A stretch of DNA of 17,391 bases from Gammaproteobacteria bacterium. GTDB taxonomy: Bacteria; Pseudomonadota; Gammaproteobacteria; UBA4575. The position numbers and the translations under genes are program-made. Location: contig CBDCTA010000020.1 in assembly GCA_965221955.1 (NCBI GenBank), positions 1-17,391 on the forward strand. Direction: 5' to 3'. Positions 8,274-16,267 of this stretch are shown piece after piece; the stretch's first letter is position 1; the number at the start of each line of letters is the position of its first letter. Below the pieces are notes generated by a model. It did no database searches. It saw only the letters and a list, made by a program, of their open reading frames with translations, and was not told where the DNA came from.

Positions 8274-9149
8274 GTGAATTTTCTCGAATTAATCACTAAT
8301 AACGAAATAAGTATCCGCCTTGTTTTCTTTTTCGGTGTGCTTGGAATAATGGCCATATGGGAAATTATTTCTCCGCGGCGGGAACTCAGTATTTCAAAAC
8401 CATTACGTTGGTTAAATAATCTTGGGATTGTAGCGCTAAATACAATCATATTGCGTTTGATATTTCCTGCCGCAGCAGTTGGCATAGCCGCATTTGCTGA
8501 AACTCAGGGATGGGGTATCTTCAATTATCTAGAGTTTCCATTTTGGTTTGCTGTCATTGCTTCCGTGATCATTATGGATGGGGTTATCTATATACAGCAT
8601 GTGTTAGTTCATGCCATCCCAATTTTATGGCGATTACATCGTGTTCATCATGCCGATCTTGATTTTGATGTGACCACTGGATCCCGATTCCATCCAATTG
8701 AAATTATTTTATCAATGCTAATTAAGTTTGCCACAATATTAATACTTGGACTGCCAATTGTCGCTGTGGTAATTTTTGAAGTGTTGTTAAATGCAACCAG
8801 TATGTTCAATCATGCGAATGTACGCATACCTTTAAGTATCGATCGCGTACTCCGCTTGTTTATCGTGACTCCAGATATGCACCGAGTTCATCACTCAGTT
8901 GAAGATGATGAAACGAATAGTAATTTCGGTTTTAACTTTCCGTGGTGGGATCGATTGTTCGGTACCTATCGTGATCAGCCTCGCGCGGGACATGAACAAA
9001 TGACAATTGGTATTAATACATACCGCGACCGAAAACATTGTACTTTGTTACCAGGAATGTTGACGTTGCCGTTTATTGGCAAGATTACAAACTACACGAT
9101 TAATCGTCGTCAATGGGACACTTCACTAAAAGATAAACAAACAAATTAA
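8274..9149 (+). CDS. Sterol desaturase / fatty acid hydroxylase family membrane di-iron enzyme
   Basis: His boxes HVLVH, HRVHH, FNHAN and HRVHH, plus RFHPIE and NSNFG...WDRLFGTY. Several TM segments. Confidence 0.93.
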   Translation: MNFLELITNNEISIRLVFFFGVLGIMAIWEIISPRRELSISKPLRWLNNLGIVALNTIILRLIFPAAAVGIAAFAETQGWGIFNYLEFPFWFAVIASVIIMDGVIYIQHVLVHAIPILWRLHRVHHADLDFDVTTGSRFHPIEIILSMLIKFATILILGLPIVAVVIFEVLLNATSMFNHANVRIPLSIDRVLRLFIVTPDMHRVHHSVEDDETNSNFGFNFPWWDRLFGTYRDQPRAGHEQMTIGINTYRDRKHCTLLPGMLTLPFIGKITNYTINRRQWDTSLKDKQTN

Positions 9150-9203
9150 CTTTTTTGTTAGCAAAGAACTTAAACCAACAATAAAAATTCTAGGGATTAG
9201 TTA

Positions 9204-9566
9204 ATGGCAAAAATATTTATGAAATCCTCATGGGGAAGTGACAACCCAACAAATGCTGAAATGGTGTTCGGACATGCGAACGCATTGGTGAACGCTGGTC
9301 ACGAAGTGCGAATATTTTTGCTCGGGGAAGCGGTAACGCTTGCACGACCAGTTGTTCGAGAAAATTTAATACCCGTAGGATGGCCTTCTATTGTTGAGCA
9401 ATGGAATGAAAGTGTAAAACTTGGAATCCGAATTGAATGTTGTGGCGCGTGCTCGCGCGCTCGAGGTGTATCCGAAAAAGATATTACGGAGGCAAATGCC
9501 ATTACCGGAACGCCAGATTCTTTTGTAGAGGATGTTGAGTGGTCAGATAAAATCATTGCAGAGTAA
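9204..9566 (+). CDS. DsrE/DsrF-like family protein
   Basis: GHEVRIFLLGEAV, CCGACSRARGV and C-terminal WSDKII; 120 aa. Confidence 0.88.
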   Translation: MAKIFMKSSWGSDNPTNAEMVFGHANALVNAGHEVRIFLLGEAVTLARPVVRENLIPVGWPSIVEQWNESVKLGIRIECCGACSRARGVSEKDITEANAITGTPDSFVEDVEWSDKIIAE

Positions 9567-9611
9567 ATTTGATTAGATTATTCAATTTTTTTACAACATT
9601 AACTATTAATT

Positions 9612-9641
9612 AATGTCCGCTATTGGCCGAAAGCGGACATT
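9612..9641 (+). repeat. 30-bp palindrome, copy P3 (AATGTCCGCTATTGGCCGAAAGCGGACATT)
   Basis: Perfect 10-bp stem AATGTCCGCT/AGCGGACATT with a 10-nt loop. Lies between convergent genes. Confidence 0.88.
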
Positions 9642-9688
9642 GACATTAATACTTAGATTCAATGATTAGTGTACTATTATGCGAAGGA

Positions 9689-9889
9689 TTATTTTTTGAA
9701 AAGTTTTTGAAATTCGGCTTGGGAAAGGTTGGATTCTGACAGCTCTAATCCTACTAACCTGCGTTCAGATTGCCTACGTTGCTCCTTAAAAATGACTTTA
9801 TTTTGTGTACGACGCATCAATGGGAATGATCTTGGCTGTAATGATTTTCGACGATCATTCATAGCCTTCCTTATCATAAATGGTTTCAC
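9689..9889 (-). CDS. Arg-rich microprotein, paralog A
   Basis: DRR..QPRSFPL...RRQSERRLVGLE...LSQAEFQKLF aligns with the two neighbouring ORFs. Exact start uncertain. Confidence 0.75.
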   Translation of the reverse strand: MKPFMIRKAMNDRRKSLQPRSFPLMRRTQNKVIFKEQRRQSERRLVGLELSESNLSQAEFQKLFKK

Positions 9890-9918
9890 TTCATTTTACT
9901 CTTTAAGCGATAATCACA

Positions 9919-10146
9919 TTAATTAGTTTTACTATTTTTTTCGAAGTATTTCTGAAATTCGGCTTTAGATATTTTGGCTTCCGTGACTTCCATACCTTCC
10001 GCACTAAGATCTGAAATGACTCGGCGATCTTTAAGAATGATATTCCCATCCAAGTCTTCCAGTGGAAACTTGTTTGGCTGGTTAGTAGATCGACGTTCTC
10101 GATGTAAGCGCATATGTGTAGAAAATTCTATGGTTCTGTACTTCAT
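9919..10146 (-). CDS. Arg-rich microprotein, paralog B
   Basis: ERR..QPNKFPLEDLDGNIILKDRR...EGME...ISKAEFQKYF. AAGGA RBS upstream. Confidence 0.8.
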   Translation of the reverse strand: MKYRTIEFSTHMRLHRERRSTNQPNKFPLEDLDGNIILKDRRVISDLSAEGMEVTEAKISKAEFQKYFEKNSKTN

Positions 10147-10152
10147 TGTAAA

Positions 10153-10166
10153 TTACATCCTTGTAA
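10153..10166 (-). promoter_or_regulatory. CsrA/RsmA-type binding hairpin over the RBS of paralog B
   Basis: Minus strand reads UUACA-AGGA-UGUAA, matching the CsrA consensus RUACARGGAUGU at 11 of 12 positions. Confidence 0.7.
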
Positions 10167-10205
10167 CCCAAACATTTACCTTAATACGGCTAATACGCTG
10201 AGTAA

Positions 10206-10221
10206 CGTGAACCGTTTCACA
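10206..10221. promoter_or_regulatory. CRP/Vfr-like box in the divergent promoter region
   Basis: CGTGA-N6-TCACA against the consensus TGTGA-N6-TCACA. Confidence 0.45.
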
Positions 10222-10402
10222 CAAAAAATTTGAATATTTCAACACTACAAGCCTATCTTTTTACTTGGTTTAATAAAATCTCACCTAAACGATTGTAAAA
10301 CCTCCCAACTTAACGGTGTCAAAACCCGGTTGAATGGCATATTTCAGAGAGAGTATTTTTGCCTTTCAAGAAAATTATTTGATAAGGTTATTTATTCATA
10401 AC

Positions 10403-10416
10403 TTACAAGGATGTAA
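10403..10416 (+). promoter_or_regulatory. CsrA/RsmA-type binding hairpin over the RBS of paralog C
   Basis: TTACAAGGATGTAA, identical to the site of paralog B, ending 4 nt before ATG 10421. Confidence 0.7.
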
Positions 10417-10420
10417 AACT

Positions 10421-10627
10421 ATGAAACACTCAATCGATCGTCGTTCTAAAATAGAGCGAAGAAAAATTAAACAGTCTCCAGAATTTCCAATACAAGATAG
10501 TAACGGAGAAATGATCCTTCAAGAACGTCGCTGCATACCTGAGCGTAGAGTAGAGGGTACGGACACTACGCTTTCTTACATTTCACAAGATGAGTTTAAG
10601 GAGTACTTAAAAGAAGTTAAAAAATAG
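10421..10627 (+). CDS. Arg-rich microprotein, paralog C (68 aa)
   Basis: MKHSIDRRSKIERR..QSPEFPIQDSNGEMILQERRCIPERRVEG...ISQDEFKEYL. Start moved from 10334 to 10421 on the basis of the RBS and paralog length. Confidence 0.8.
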   Translation: MKHSIDRRSKIERRKIKQSPEFPIQDSNGEMILQERRCIPERRVEGTDTTLSYISQDEFKEYLKEVKK

Positions 10628-10881
10628 CTTTAACACATACAGAATGCTATTTACAGATTAGATAAATAAGGAGTTAATCCATGGATGATTCGTCTCCACT
10701 CGAATCAATCCCTCTCCTAGCGATTCAAAAATTCAAGTTACTGATGATTATATTCAGCTGGACTTCTTCACTTTTCGTCGGTCCTGGCGAAAATTCAATA
10801 GTGCCCTATGTAAGGCTATATATGTTCTAATTATAATAAAATTATCAAAAGAATTTTGCAGCAAGCTAGCTTGGGGATAAT

Positions 10882-11130
10882 GTGAAAGCTGATTTAAAAA
10901 AATATAAAAAATATACGATTTTATTCAATGCAAAGGAGACAGATACTGGTGAATTCAGGCCGGTTGCTACATTATTTAAGTCAGGTGAAGACGCAGAAAC
11001 ATTAAATATTGAACGATCATTTGCAGATCGAAATGCTGCACTTTCATATGCGCTAGGTGCTGCAGAGGAAACTGTGGATGCAAAATTAGATGGTAAGAAA
11101 CCAGATTTTAAATTGCTCGTACGCGAATAG
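10882..11130 (+). CDS. Hypothetical protein (82 aa)
   Basis: GTG start after GGGGA. Natural composition with an apparent beta-strand then helix pattern. No family recognised. Confidence 0.65.
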   Translation: MKADLKKYKKYTILFNAKETDTGEFRPVATLFKSGEDAETLNIERSFADRNAALSYALGAAEETVDAKLDGKKPDFKLLVRE

Positions 11131-11139
11131 ATATTCAAA

Positions 11140-11553
11140 TTAGGCGCTTTCTTCAGCGCATTCTCTCAACAGTGAATTAGGTAAGACAATGCATTTATTT
11201 GCATAGAGCTTCTTAAGTTCTTTGCCTTTGATATAAATTTCGTTATCCCATATGGCTTTACGAATTGAGTCTTTGTTTTCAATAGAACAATCGTTATCAG
11301 TAATTCTTTCGTCAACCATATTTTCAAAATCATTTAAAGATATTTCAGAATTTTTATGGTAAATCCGAAGCTCATTTGTTTGTATAAAGTAACAAAACAT
11401 CTCGTTAACTATTTCATTTTCGGATGGAATGGGAATACCTGGACGATTTGTCATAAGCAGGGATTTTGCATAGGTTATATAGTATTCCTTATCTTCTAAT
11501 TTTCCAATTAACTTGGATAATAGAATAAAATCAGAGTTTATTTTCGTAGACAT
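11140..11553 (-). CDS. Hypothetical protein (137 aa)
   Basis: Long ORF in AT-rich DNA with no competing ORF. No family recognised. Confidence 0.65.
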   Translation of the reverse strand: MSTKINSDFILLSKLIGKLEDKEYYITYAKSLLMTNRPGIPIPSENEIVNEMFCYFIQTNELRIYHKNSEISLNDFENMVDERITDNDCSIENKDSIRKAIWDNEIYIKGKELKKLYANKCIVLPNSLLRECAEESA

Positions 11554-11626
11554 TGCTTATTGGTAAGGTAGTATTTACTAAAGACTATATTCCTATAATT
11601 ACTTAATTACATGTAATGACACTGAT

Positions 11627-12055
11627 ATGAAAAGTATATTATTAACAGCATTATTGGCTTTCTGTGTAAGTGCTTGCACTAATGACCAAATAGTTTATTC
11701 CTATGTGGTAGTGAAGCCAACCGCTGAAGATAGTCGTGTAAGTGAATGGCGTCCAGTTATGCGGGTGACTTATCGGGTTATGGAGAATATTGTAATAAGT
11801 GAAGTTGCGGGCTTGTTAGATGAATATCAAGATTGCAGTATTCAAGACAAAAAAAATTGGCAATGCCGCTATCAAGATGATAGGGGAGAAAATACTTTTG
11901 GCTTTAAAGACGGTAAATACTGGAACCAACCTGGCTGGGGTGACGAGATAAGGCATGTTTCACGTTGGGAATATAACAAAATTCGTTGCAAATGGTATCA
12001 GCATGATAATGGTAAGTTTAAGGGTATGATGTCTTGTTTGCGCACATATATATGA
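11627..12055 (+). CDS. Hypothetical lipoprotein
   Basis: MK, a hydrophobic stretch and the lipobox VSAC. Trp/Cys-rich mature part. Confidence 0.75.
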   Translation: MKSILLTALLAFCVSACTNDQIVYSYVVVKPTAEDSRVSEWRPVMRVTYRVMENIVISEVAGLLDEYQDCSIQDKKNWQCRYQDDRGENTFGFKDGKYWNQPGWGDEIRHVSRWEYNKIRCKWYQHDNGKFKGMMSCLRTYI

Positions 12056-12097
12056 GCTAACAATTAGCTAGCGAATAGCTCATTTTTTCAAGAGAGC

Positions 12098-12988
12098 ATG
12101 AAAAATAATTTTTACATCGTAGATGTATTTGCAGATCAGCAGTACTCTGGCAATCCTTTGGCTGTTGTGATCTGTGAAAAAAAACTTTCAGAAGCAACTA
12201 TGCAAAAAATTGCAGCAGAGCTGAATTTTTCTGAAACTACATTTGTAGATCCTACTCCTGATGAAAATGGTGGGTATCTTGTTCGCATCTTTACACCTTC
12301 AAGAGAAATCGCTTTTGCAGGCCATCCAATATTAGGTACTGCATTTATTGTTCGCAAATTATCTGGGGAAGATTCAAAAAACATAATTACATTAAACCTC
12401 AGTAATAGTGAAATACCTGTTGTGTTCGGTAGTGGAGAGGGAAAAGAAGAAAACGAAATTATCTGGTTTTCTGCTCCATCTATATCACTTAAGCAAACTA
12501 TCGACCGTGAATCTGTTGCATATGCGCTTAACATACGTCCTGATGATATCGAATCTAAAGTACCTATACAGATGGCATCGGCTGGCACGTCTGCCATCAT
12601 TGTTCCACTTCGCAGTCTTGATGCATTGCAACATTGTAAACTTGATCTTGAAAAATATGCGCCTTTGGTCGAAAAAGGGTTTCCTCCTCTTACATATCTT
12701 TTCACAAAAGAGACTCATGAAGTGCAAAGTGATTTATGCGTGAGATTTTTCTTTGAAGCACATGGGGTGCGTGAAGACCCTGCTACTGGGAATGGGGCTG
12801 CTTTTCTAGGTAGATACTTGCTTGAACACAATTATTTTTCTGATACAAACTTATCTTTACGAATTGAGCAAGGACATGAAGTGCGGCGACCTTCGTTAGT
12901 GATGTTAAAAGCAGAAATCAAAAATGGTTCATATGATATAAAAGTAGGTGGGCGTGTTCTTGCCGCGGTACAAGGTGAACTAGTGTAG
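12098..12988 (+). CDS. PhzF-family (DAP-epimerase-like fold) protein
   Basis: Motifs VDVFA...GNPLAV, ELNFSETTF, RIFTP..EIAFAGHP, EDPATG and IEQG..RPS. Confidence 0.95.
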   Translation: MKNNFYIVDVFADQQYSGNPLAVVICEKKLSEATMQKIAAELNFSETTFVDPTPDENGGYLVRIFTPSREIAFAGHPILGTAFIVRKLSGEDSKNIITLNLSNSEIPVVFGSGEGKEENEIIWFSAPSISLKQTIDRESVAYALNIRPDDIESKVPIQMASAGTSAIIVPLRSLDALQHCKLDLEKYAPLVEKGFPPLTYLFTKETHEVQSDLCVRFFFEAHGVREDPATGNGAAFLGRYLLEHNYFSDTNLSLRIEQGHEVRRPSLVMLKAEIKNGSYDIKVGGRVLAAVQGELV

Positions 12989-13007
12989 AGTTAATCTTTA
13001 TTTTGCA

Positions 13008-13367
13008 ATGGTCTCGAAAGGAAAACTATTTTCCCAGCTCGATGCTCTAGAGGCAGAGCTTGAGGAAAAATTAATACCTCATCTACAAATAGCTGCAGAA
13101 GGGAAAAATGACTTTGTCTTTTGTGTCAGTGATTTTAATCCATATTCTGAACTAAAATCTAAAACTGATCCTTTAACTGAACAGATGATTCATATTGGCC
13201 GTCAAATACTTGGTTTAAAAAGAAAACTAGGAGAATCATCAGAAGGAGCATTGGCAGAGCGTTTGTGTTGGTATTGCCGTGAGTGGGGCAATTTGGATAA
13301 TCAACCTAGAAAAAATGCTCAGGACTTAGCAAAACAGTTTATTGATGAATTTAGTGGCAAACTCTAA
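13008..13367 (+). CDS. Hypothetical protein (119 aa)
   Basis: Operon-like spacing after the PhzF-family gene. Helical composition with a CWYC motif. Confidence 0.7.
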   Translation: MVSKGKLFSQLDALEAELEEKLIPHLQIAAEGKNDFVFCVSDFNPYSELKSKTDPLTEQMIHIGRQILGLKRKLGESSEGALAERLCWYCREWGNLDNQPRKNAQDLAKQFIDEFSGKL

Positions 13368-13384
13368 GAGCTTCCTTTTCTCAT

Positions 13385-13855
13385 ATGGATCTTAAAAGTC
13401 TTGAACAGCAAGTTAACGCTTTCGACACCTTAGATGAGTGGAAAACTCTACATAATCAGATCCTTCAAGAGCATGAAAATGAGAATTCAGCAGAAGTAAG
13501 CGAGAAGTTGCTCGGCTTGCATCAAATTTTACTTGATAAGGTGGAAAAATCCTTGCCTGATAATATTGAAATAGAAAAATTTAAAGCAATAAGACAAAAA
13601 GAATACAACACAATGTTATTGCGAGAAGCAACTATTGGTGGGAGTCTCTGTGTTGAAACGTTATATGAAATAACGCAACGAGAACTGGAAGCAGGAAGGA
13701 TGCAGCCTACACACGAATTTATTGAAATTGCAATTCAAGCTACAGCTACGGAACATTATTCACGTGAACAATTATTAAGACAAAAAGAAAAAATCCAAAA
13801 CATAGAAGAGCGTTCTTTTTTTAATAAATTAACACGCTTGTTTAAAAATAAATAA
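13385..13855 (+). CDS. Hypothetical helical protein (156 aa)
   Basis: Starts 17 nt after the previous stop. Long ORF with charged helical composition. Confidence 0.7.
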   Translation: MDLKSLEQQVNAFDTLDEWKTLHNQILQEHENENSAEVSEKLLGLHQILLDKVEKSLPDNIEIEKFKAIRQKEYNTMLLREATIGGSLCVETLYEITQRELEAGRMQPTHEFIEIAIQATATEHYSREQLLRQKEKIQNIEERSFFNKLTRLFKNK

Positions 13856-13868
13856 AATAGTGATTATT

Positions 13869-15077
13869 TTAAAATTCCACAGCGAGTTGGGAGGTGATGG
13901 TGTTTCCCCCGAACTCATCCGTTCCGCCTTCAGAATTGCTGTAATCCTCATCATGGGCCCACTCAATCGAGAGTGATGTCGCGTCAAAAATCTCTGCCGA
14001 TACTCCAGTAATAATACGCTCCTCAGGAAGCTCAAGCGCGACCGCTTCATCGGTACCTTGATAGGCCAATGCTGCCGTCATTGGAATACTGCCTATATAA
14101 AAGTTGTATCCAACCTCAAGATTAAAGGCTTCCGGCTCTGCGCCTCCGTCTTTAAACGCTAATTCATCTGCCTCAAAATCATCCGTCGCCTTAATGTATT
14201 CCGCCACCACATTGAACGGACCATAACTGTACATCGCATCAATCGAGATGCCACCAACATAATCACTGTACTCGACTGCTGCAGCTTCAATGTTTTCCTG
14301 AATCACCTCTTGCAAGGTATCGGAATCACCGATGTCATTGATGTAACCCAGATTGATCGCAAAATTTGAACCGTTCTCACTTTCATGTGCATAACCTGCA
14401 AATGCACCAAAATTATCAATATCCTCATCGCCGTCTTCAGACAGATCTCCATTGAAGATATACACACCACCTCTAAACCCGTTGTGTTCAATACCCGCTA
14501 ACACAGAAGACTCACGCGTTTCGGCAATTTCTAACGTTAGTGGGTCGGAGATGAGATTGGTTTCGAATGTACCAAAAGGTTCATACATCAAACCGCTTTG
14601 TATAAACCAAGCACCTTCGGGAGGTGCAATGGTGATTACAGCAACATCCACTTCTAGATCAGTATCGTTTTCTTCAAACAATAATGTCGTCTCCGCCGAT
14701 ACCCAATCGTTTACTTGTGATGCAACTTCAAGCTCTGCCGTGGCTAAGACAATATCACTGTTGCTATCGCCTTCATCCGGATTGTTGTAGAACGCTTCCA
14801 CTTCTGCCACACCTCCAATCTCAATATTGCTAAACCAACCAGAACTGCTTTCTTTGGATTTCACATTAGAAGCTAGTTCTTTAATTTGTTGTGTCTTGGC
14901 CTCGATGAGTTCATTTTGTTTTTCAATTACAGAGCTTTGATGTTGTACTATACGTTCAAGTTGATCTAAACGTGCTTTAATTGAAGATAATTCTTCTTCA
15001 ATGTTGCTTGCATATGCAGTGTTTAAAAAAAGTATTACTAAAATAAAAGACAGACTATTTCGAGCTAATCTCATCAT
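13869..15077 (-). CDS. LbtU-family-like outer-membrane porin
   Basis: Signal peptide (AYA), N-terminal coiled coil, IGGVAEVEA, PFGTFETNLISDPLTLEIAETRE, acidic beta-barrel pattern and C-terminal QLAVEF. Confidence 0.8.
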   Translation of the reverse strand: MMRLARNSLSFILVILFLNTAYASNIEEELSSIKARLDQLERIVQHQSSVIEKQNELIEAKTQQIKELASNVKSKESSSGWFSNIEIGGVAEVEAFYNNPDEGDSNSDIVLATAELEVASQVNDWVSAETTLLFEENDTDLEVDVAVITIAPPEGAWFIQSGLMYEPFGTFETNLISDPLTLEIAETRESSVLAGIEHNGFRGGVYIFNGDLSEDGDEDIDNFGAFAGYAHESENGSNFAINLGYINDIGDSDTLQEVIQENIEAAAVEYSDYVGGISIDAMYSYGPFNVVAEYIKATDDFEADELAFKDGGAEPEAFNLEVGYNFYIGSIPMTAALAYQGTDEAVALELPEERIITGVSAEIFDATSLSIEWAHDEDYSNSEGGTDEFGGNTITSQLAVEF

Positions 15078-15199
15078 GATTCTCCCTTTTGAATTTATAT
15101 TTTTTAATTATTTAGCTTTAATTAAGCAATACATTCCATAGATGATCGAATAAATTCGATTACCTTTTTATTTATATGAATTGGATAAACTATATTTGT

Positions 15200-15901
15200 T
15201 TAATTTGTCGTAGCGCTAATGGATGATTTAGCTTTGTTTTGTTCAAAGCGATTAAAAAACAATGCACTTAATGCACCCAATGCCACCCAAAACACAGCAT
15301 TAGTAAAAAGTGTTGCAAGATGAAAAGAGGTTCTAAGTTCTGGCGGCGCAAGACCTTCATGTACTGCAGGTTGAGGTGCGCCAAAGATATGCGGTAAAGC
15401 TAAAAGTGCTAAACCAAAAAGTTTCAGATAAGGCTTTGGCTGGAATGCAAGAATCCAAAGCCCCACAGCCGTTAAGATGACGGTTAGAATCCACCAGACT
15501 TGACGTTGTTCTAAACCTGCTGCGGCATCACCTGGGAGTTCGGGGGGTAATCCAAATGACGGGGCTAGATTAAATACAATCCACCCCGCAAGTCCCCACA
15601 AGATCCCTTTTTGCCAAGTTATCGAGCCGCGGAGCGTGTACCCAACTGCTAGAAGCAGAGCAAAACCAATTCCGATGATGATACTGCTCGAAGCAGTAAA
15701 AAAAGTTCGCTCATTTCCATCTTCTGGCGCCCAAGCTTCTTTTTCGCTATGTCCTGTGGTGGGCGCTTCTTCAGTTACTTCATAAGTTTCAGCTTCTAGA
15801 ATCATGGGAACGACAGTGAAATGTTGTACACCTGCTAAGAGTAAACCGCCTATGATTCCAGCAAATAACGCGCTCAGAAAAATTTGATTAAATAGTTTCA
15901 T
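15200..15901 (-). CDS. cbtA: CbtA-family putative cobalt transporter subunit
   Basis: Motifs VPMILEAETYE, WAPEDGNERT, LAPSFGLPPELPG, LEQRQVWW and LPHIFGAPQP. Confidence 0.93.
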   Translation of the reverse strand: MKLFNQIFLSALFAGIIGGLLLAGVQHFTVVPMILEAETYEVTEEAPTTGHSEKEAWAPEDGNERTFFTASSSIIIGIGFALLLAVGYTLRGSITWQKGILWGLAGWIVFNLAPSFGLPPELPGDAAAGLEQRQVWWILTVILTAVGLWILAFQPKPYLKLFGLALLALPHIFGAPQPAVHEGLAPPELRTSFHLATLFTNAVFWVALGALSALFFNRFEQNKAKSSISATTN

Positions 15902-15944
15902 AAATAATTTAATTGATTAAGATTAATTTCAAATAGATCAATTA

Positions 15945-16142
15945 CTAATGGCAGGGGAACACCATGCCATGACGAAGGTCATGAGCAGCATTGTGGATCA
16001 CTTCGGGGCTTGCAAAGCCTACAACTGTAAGAATAGTTATGCCTGCTAGTATTGCAGCAGAAATTGCATAGACAGATGCCCAAGGTAAATCTTTAGAAGT
16101 TGTTTTTTCAATCGTATGAATTCGCAGGTTAAGAATATTCAT
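15945..16142 (-). CDS. cbtB: CbtB-family putative cobalt transporter subunit
   Basis: Single TM helix and C-terminal HNAAHDLRHGMVFPCH. AGGAGG RBS. Confidence 0.93.
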   Translation of the reverse strand: MNILNLRIHTIEKTTSKDLPWASVYAISAAILAGITILTVVGFASPEVIHNAAHDLRHGMVFPCH

Positions 16143-16267
16143 TAAAAGTTCCTCCTGTTTATAGTTATTGCTCGATTGTTTATTGTTTTTATTATTTATT
16201 TAAATAGCAGAGTGATTGATAAAAAGTTTATAGAATGCCAATTATAATGCCAAGCTTTAAATGCGAT

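Noticed and set aside
572-9641. Palindromes as integron attC sites or CRISPR repeats
   Set aside because: They are too short for attC and lack the RYYYAAC/GTTRRRY cores. Spacing is in kilobases and irregular, and no integrase or cas gene is in the window.
10334-10420. N-terminal extension of paralog C given in the ORF track
   Set aside because: The RBS/CsrA site and paralog alignment point to ATG 10421.
12098-12988. Phenazine biosynthesis cluster
   Set aside because: Only a PhzF-family homolog is present, with no phzA/B/D/E/G genes.
71-14790. Remaining short ORFs nested in or antisense to assigned genes (e.g. 71-268, 830-1036, 2443-2673, 4488-4703, 5322-5690, 9729-9926, 12136-12705, 14452-14790)
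   Set aside because: They overlap well-supported genes and show no motifs, so they are treated as shadow ORFs.
16235-16252. Sigma54 promoter for cbtB (minus strand TTGGCATTATAATTGGCA)
   Set aside because: The GG-to-GC spacing is 11 nt rather than the required 10.
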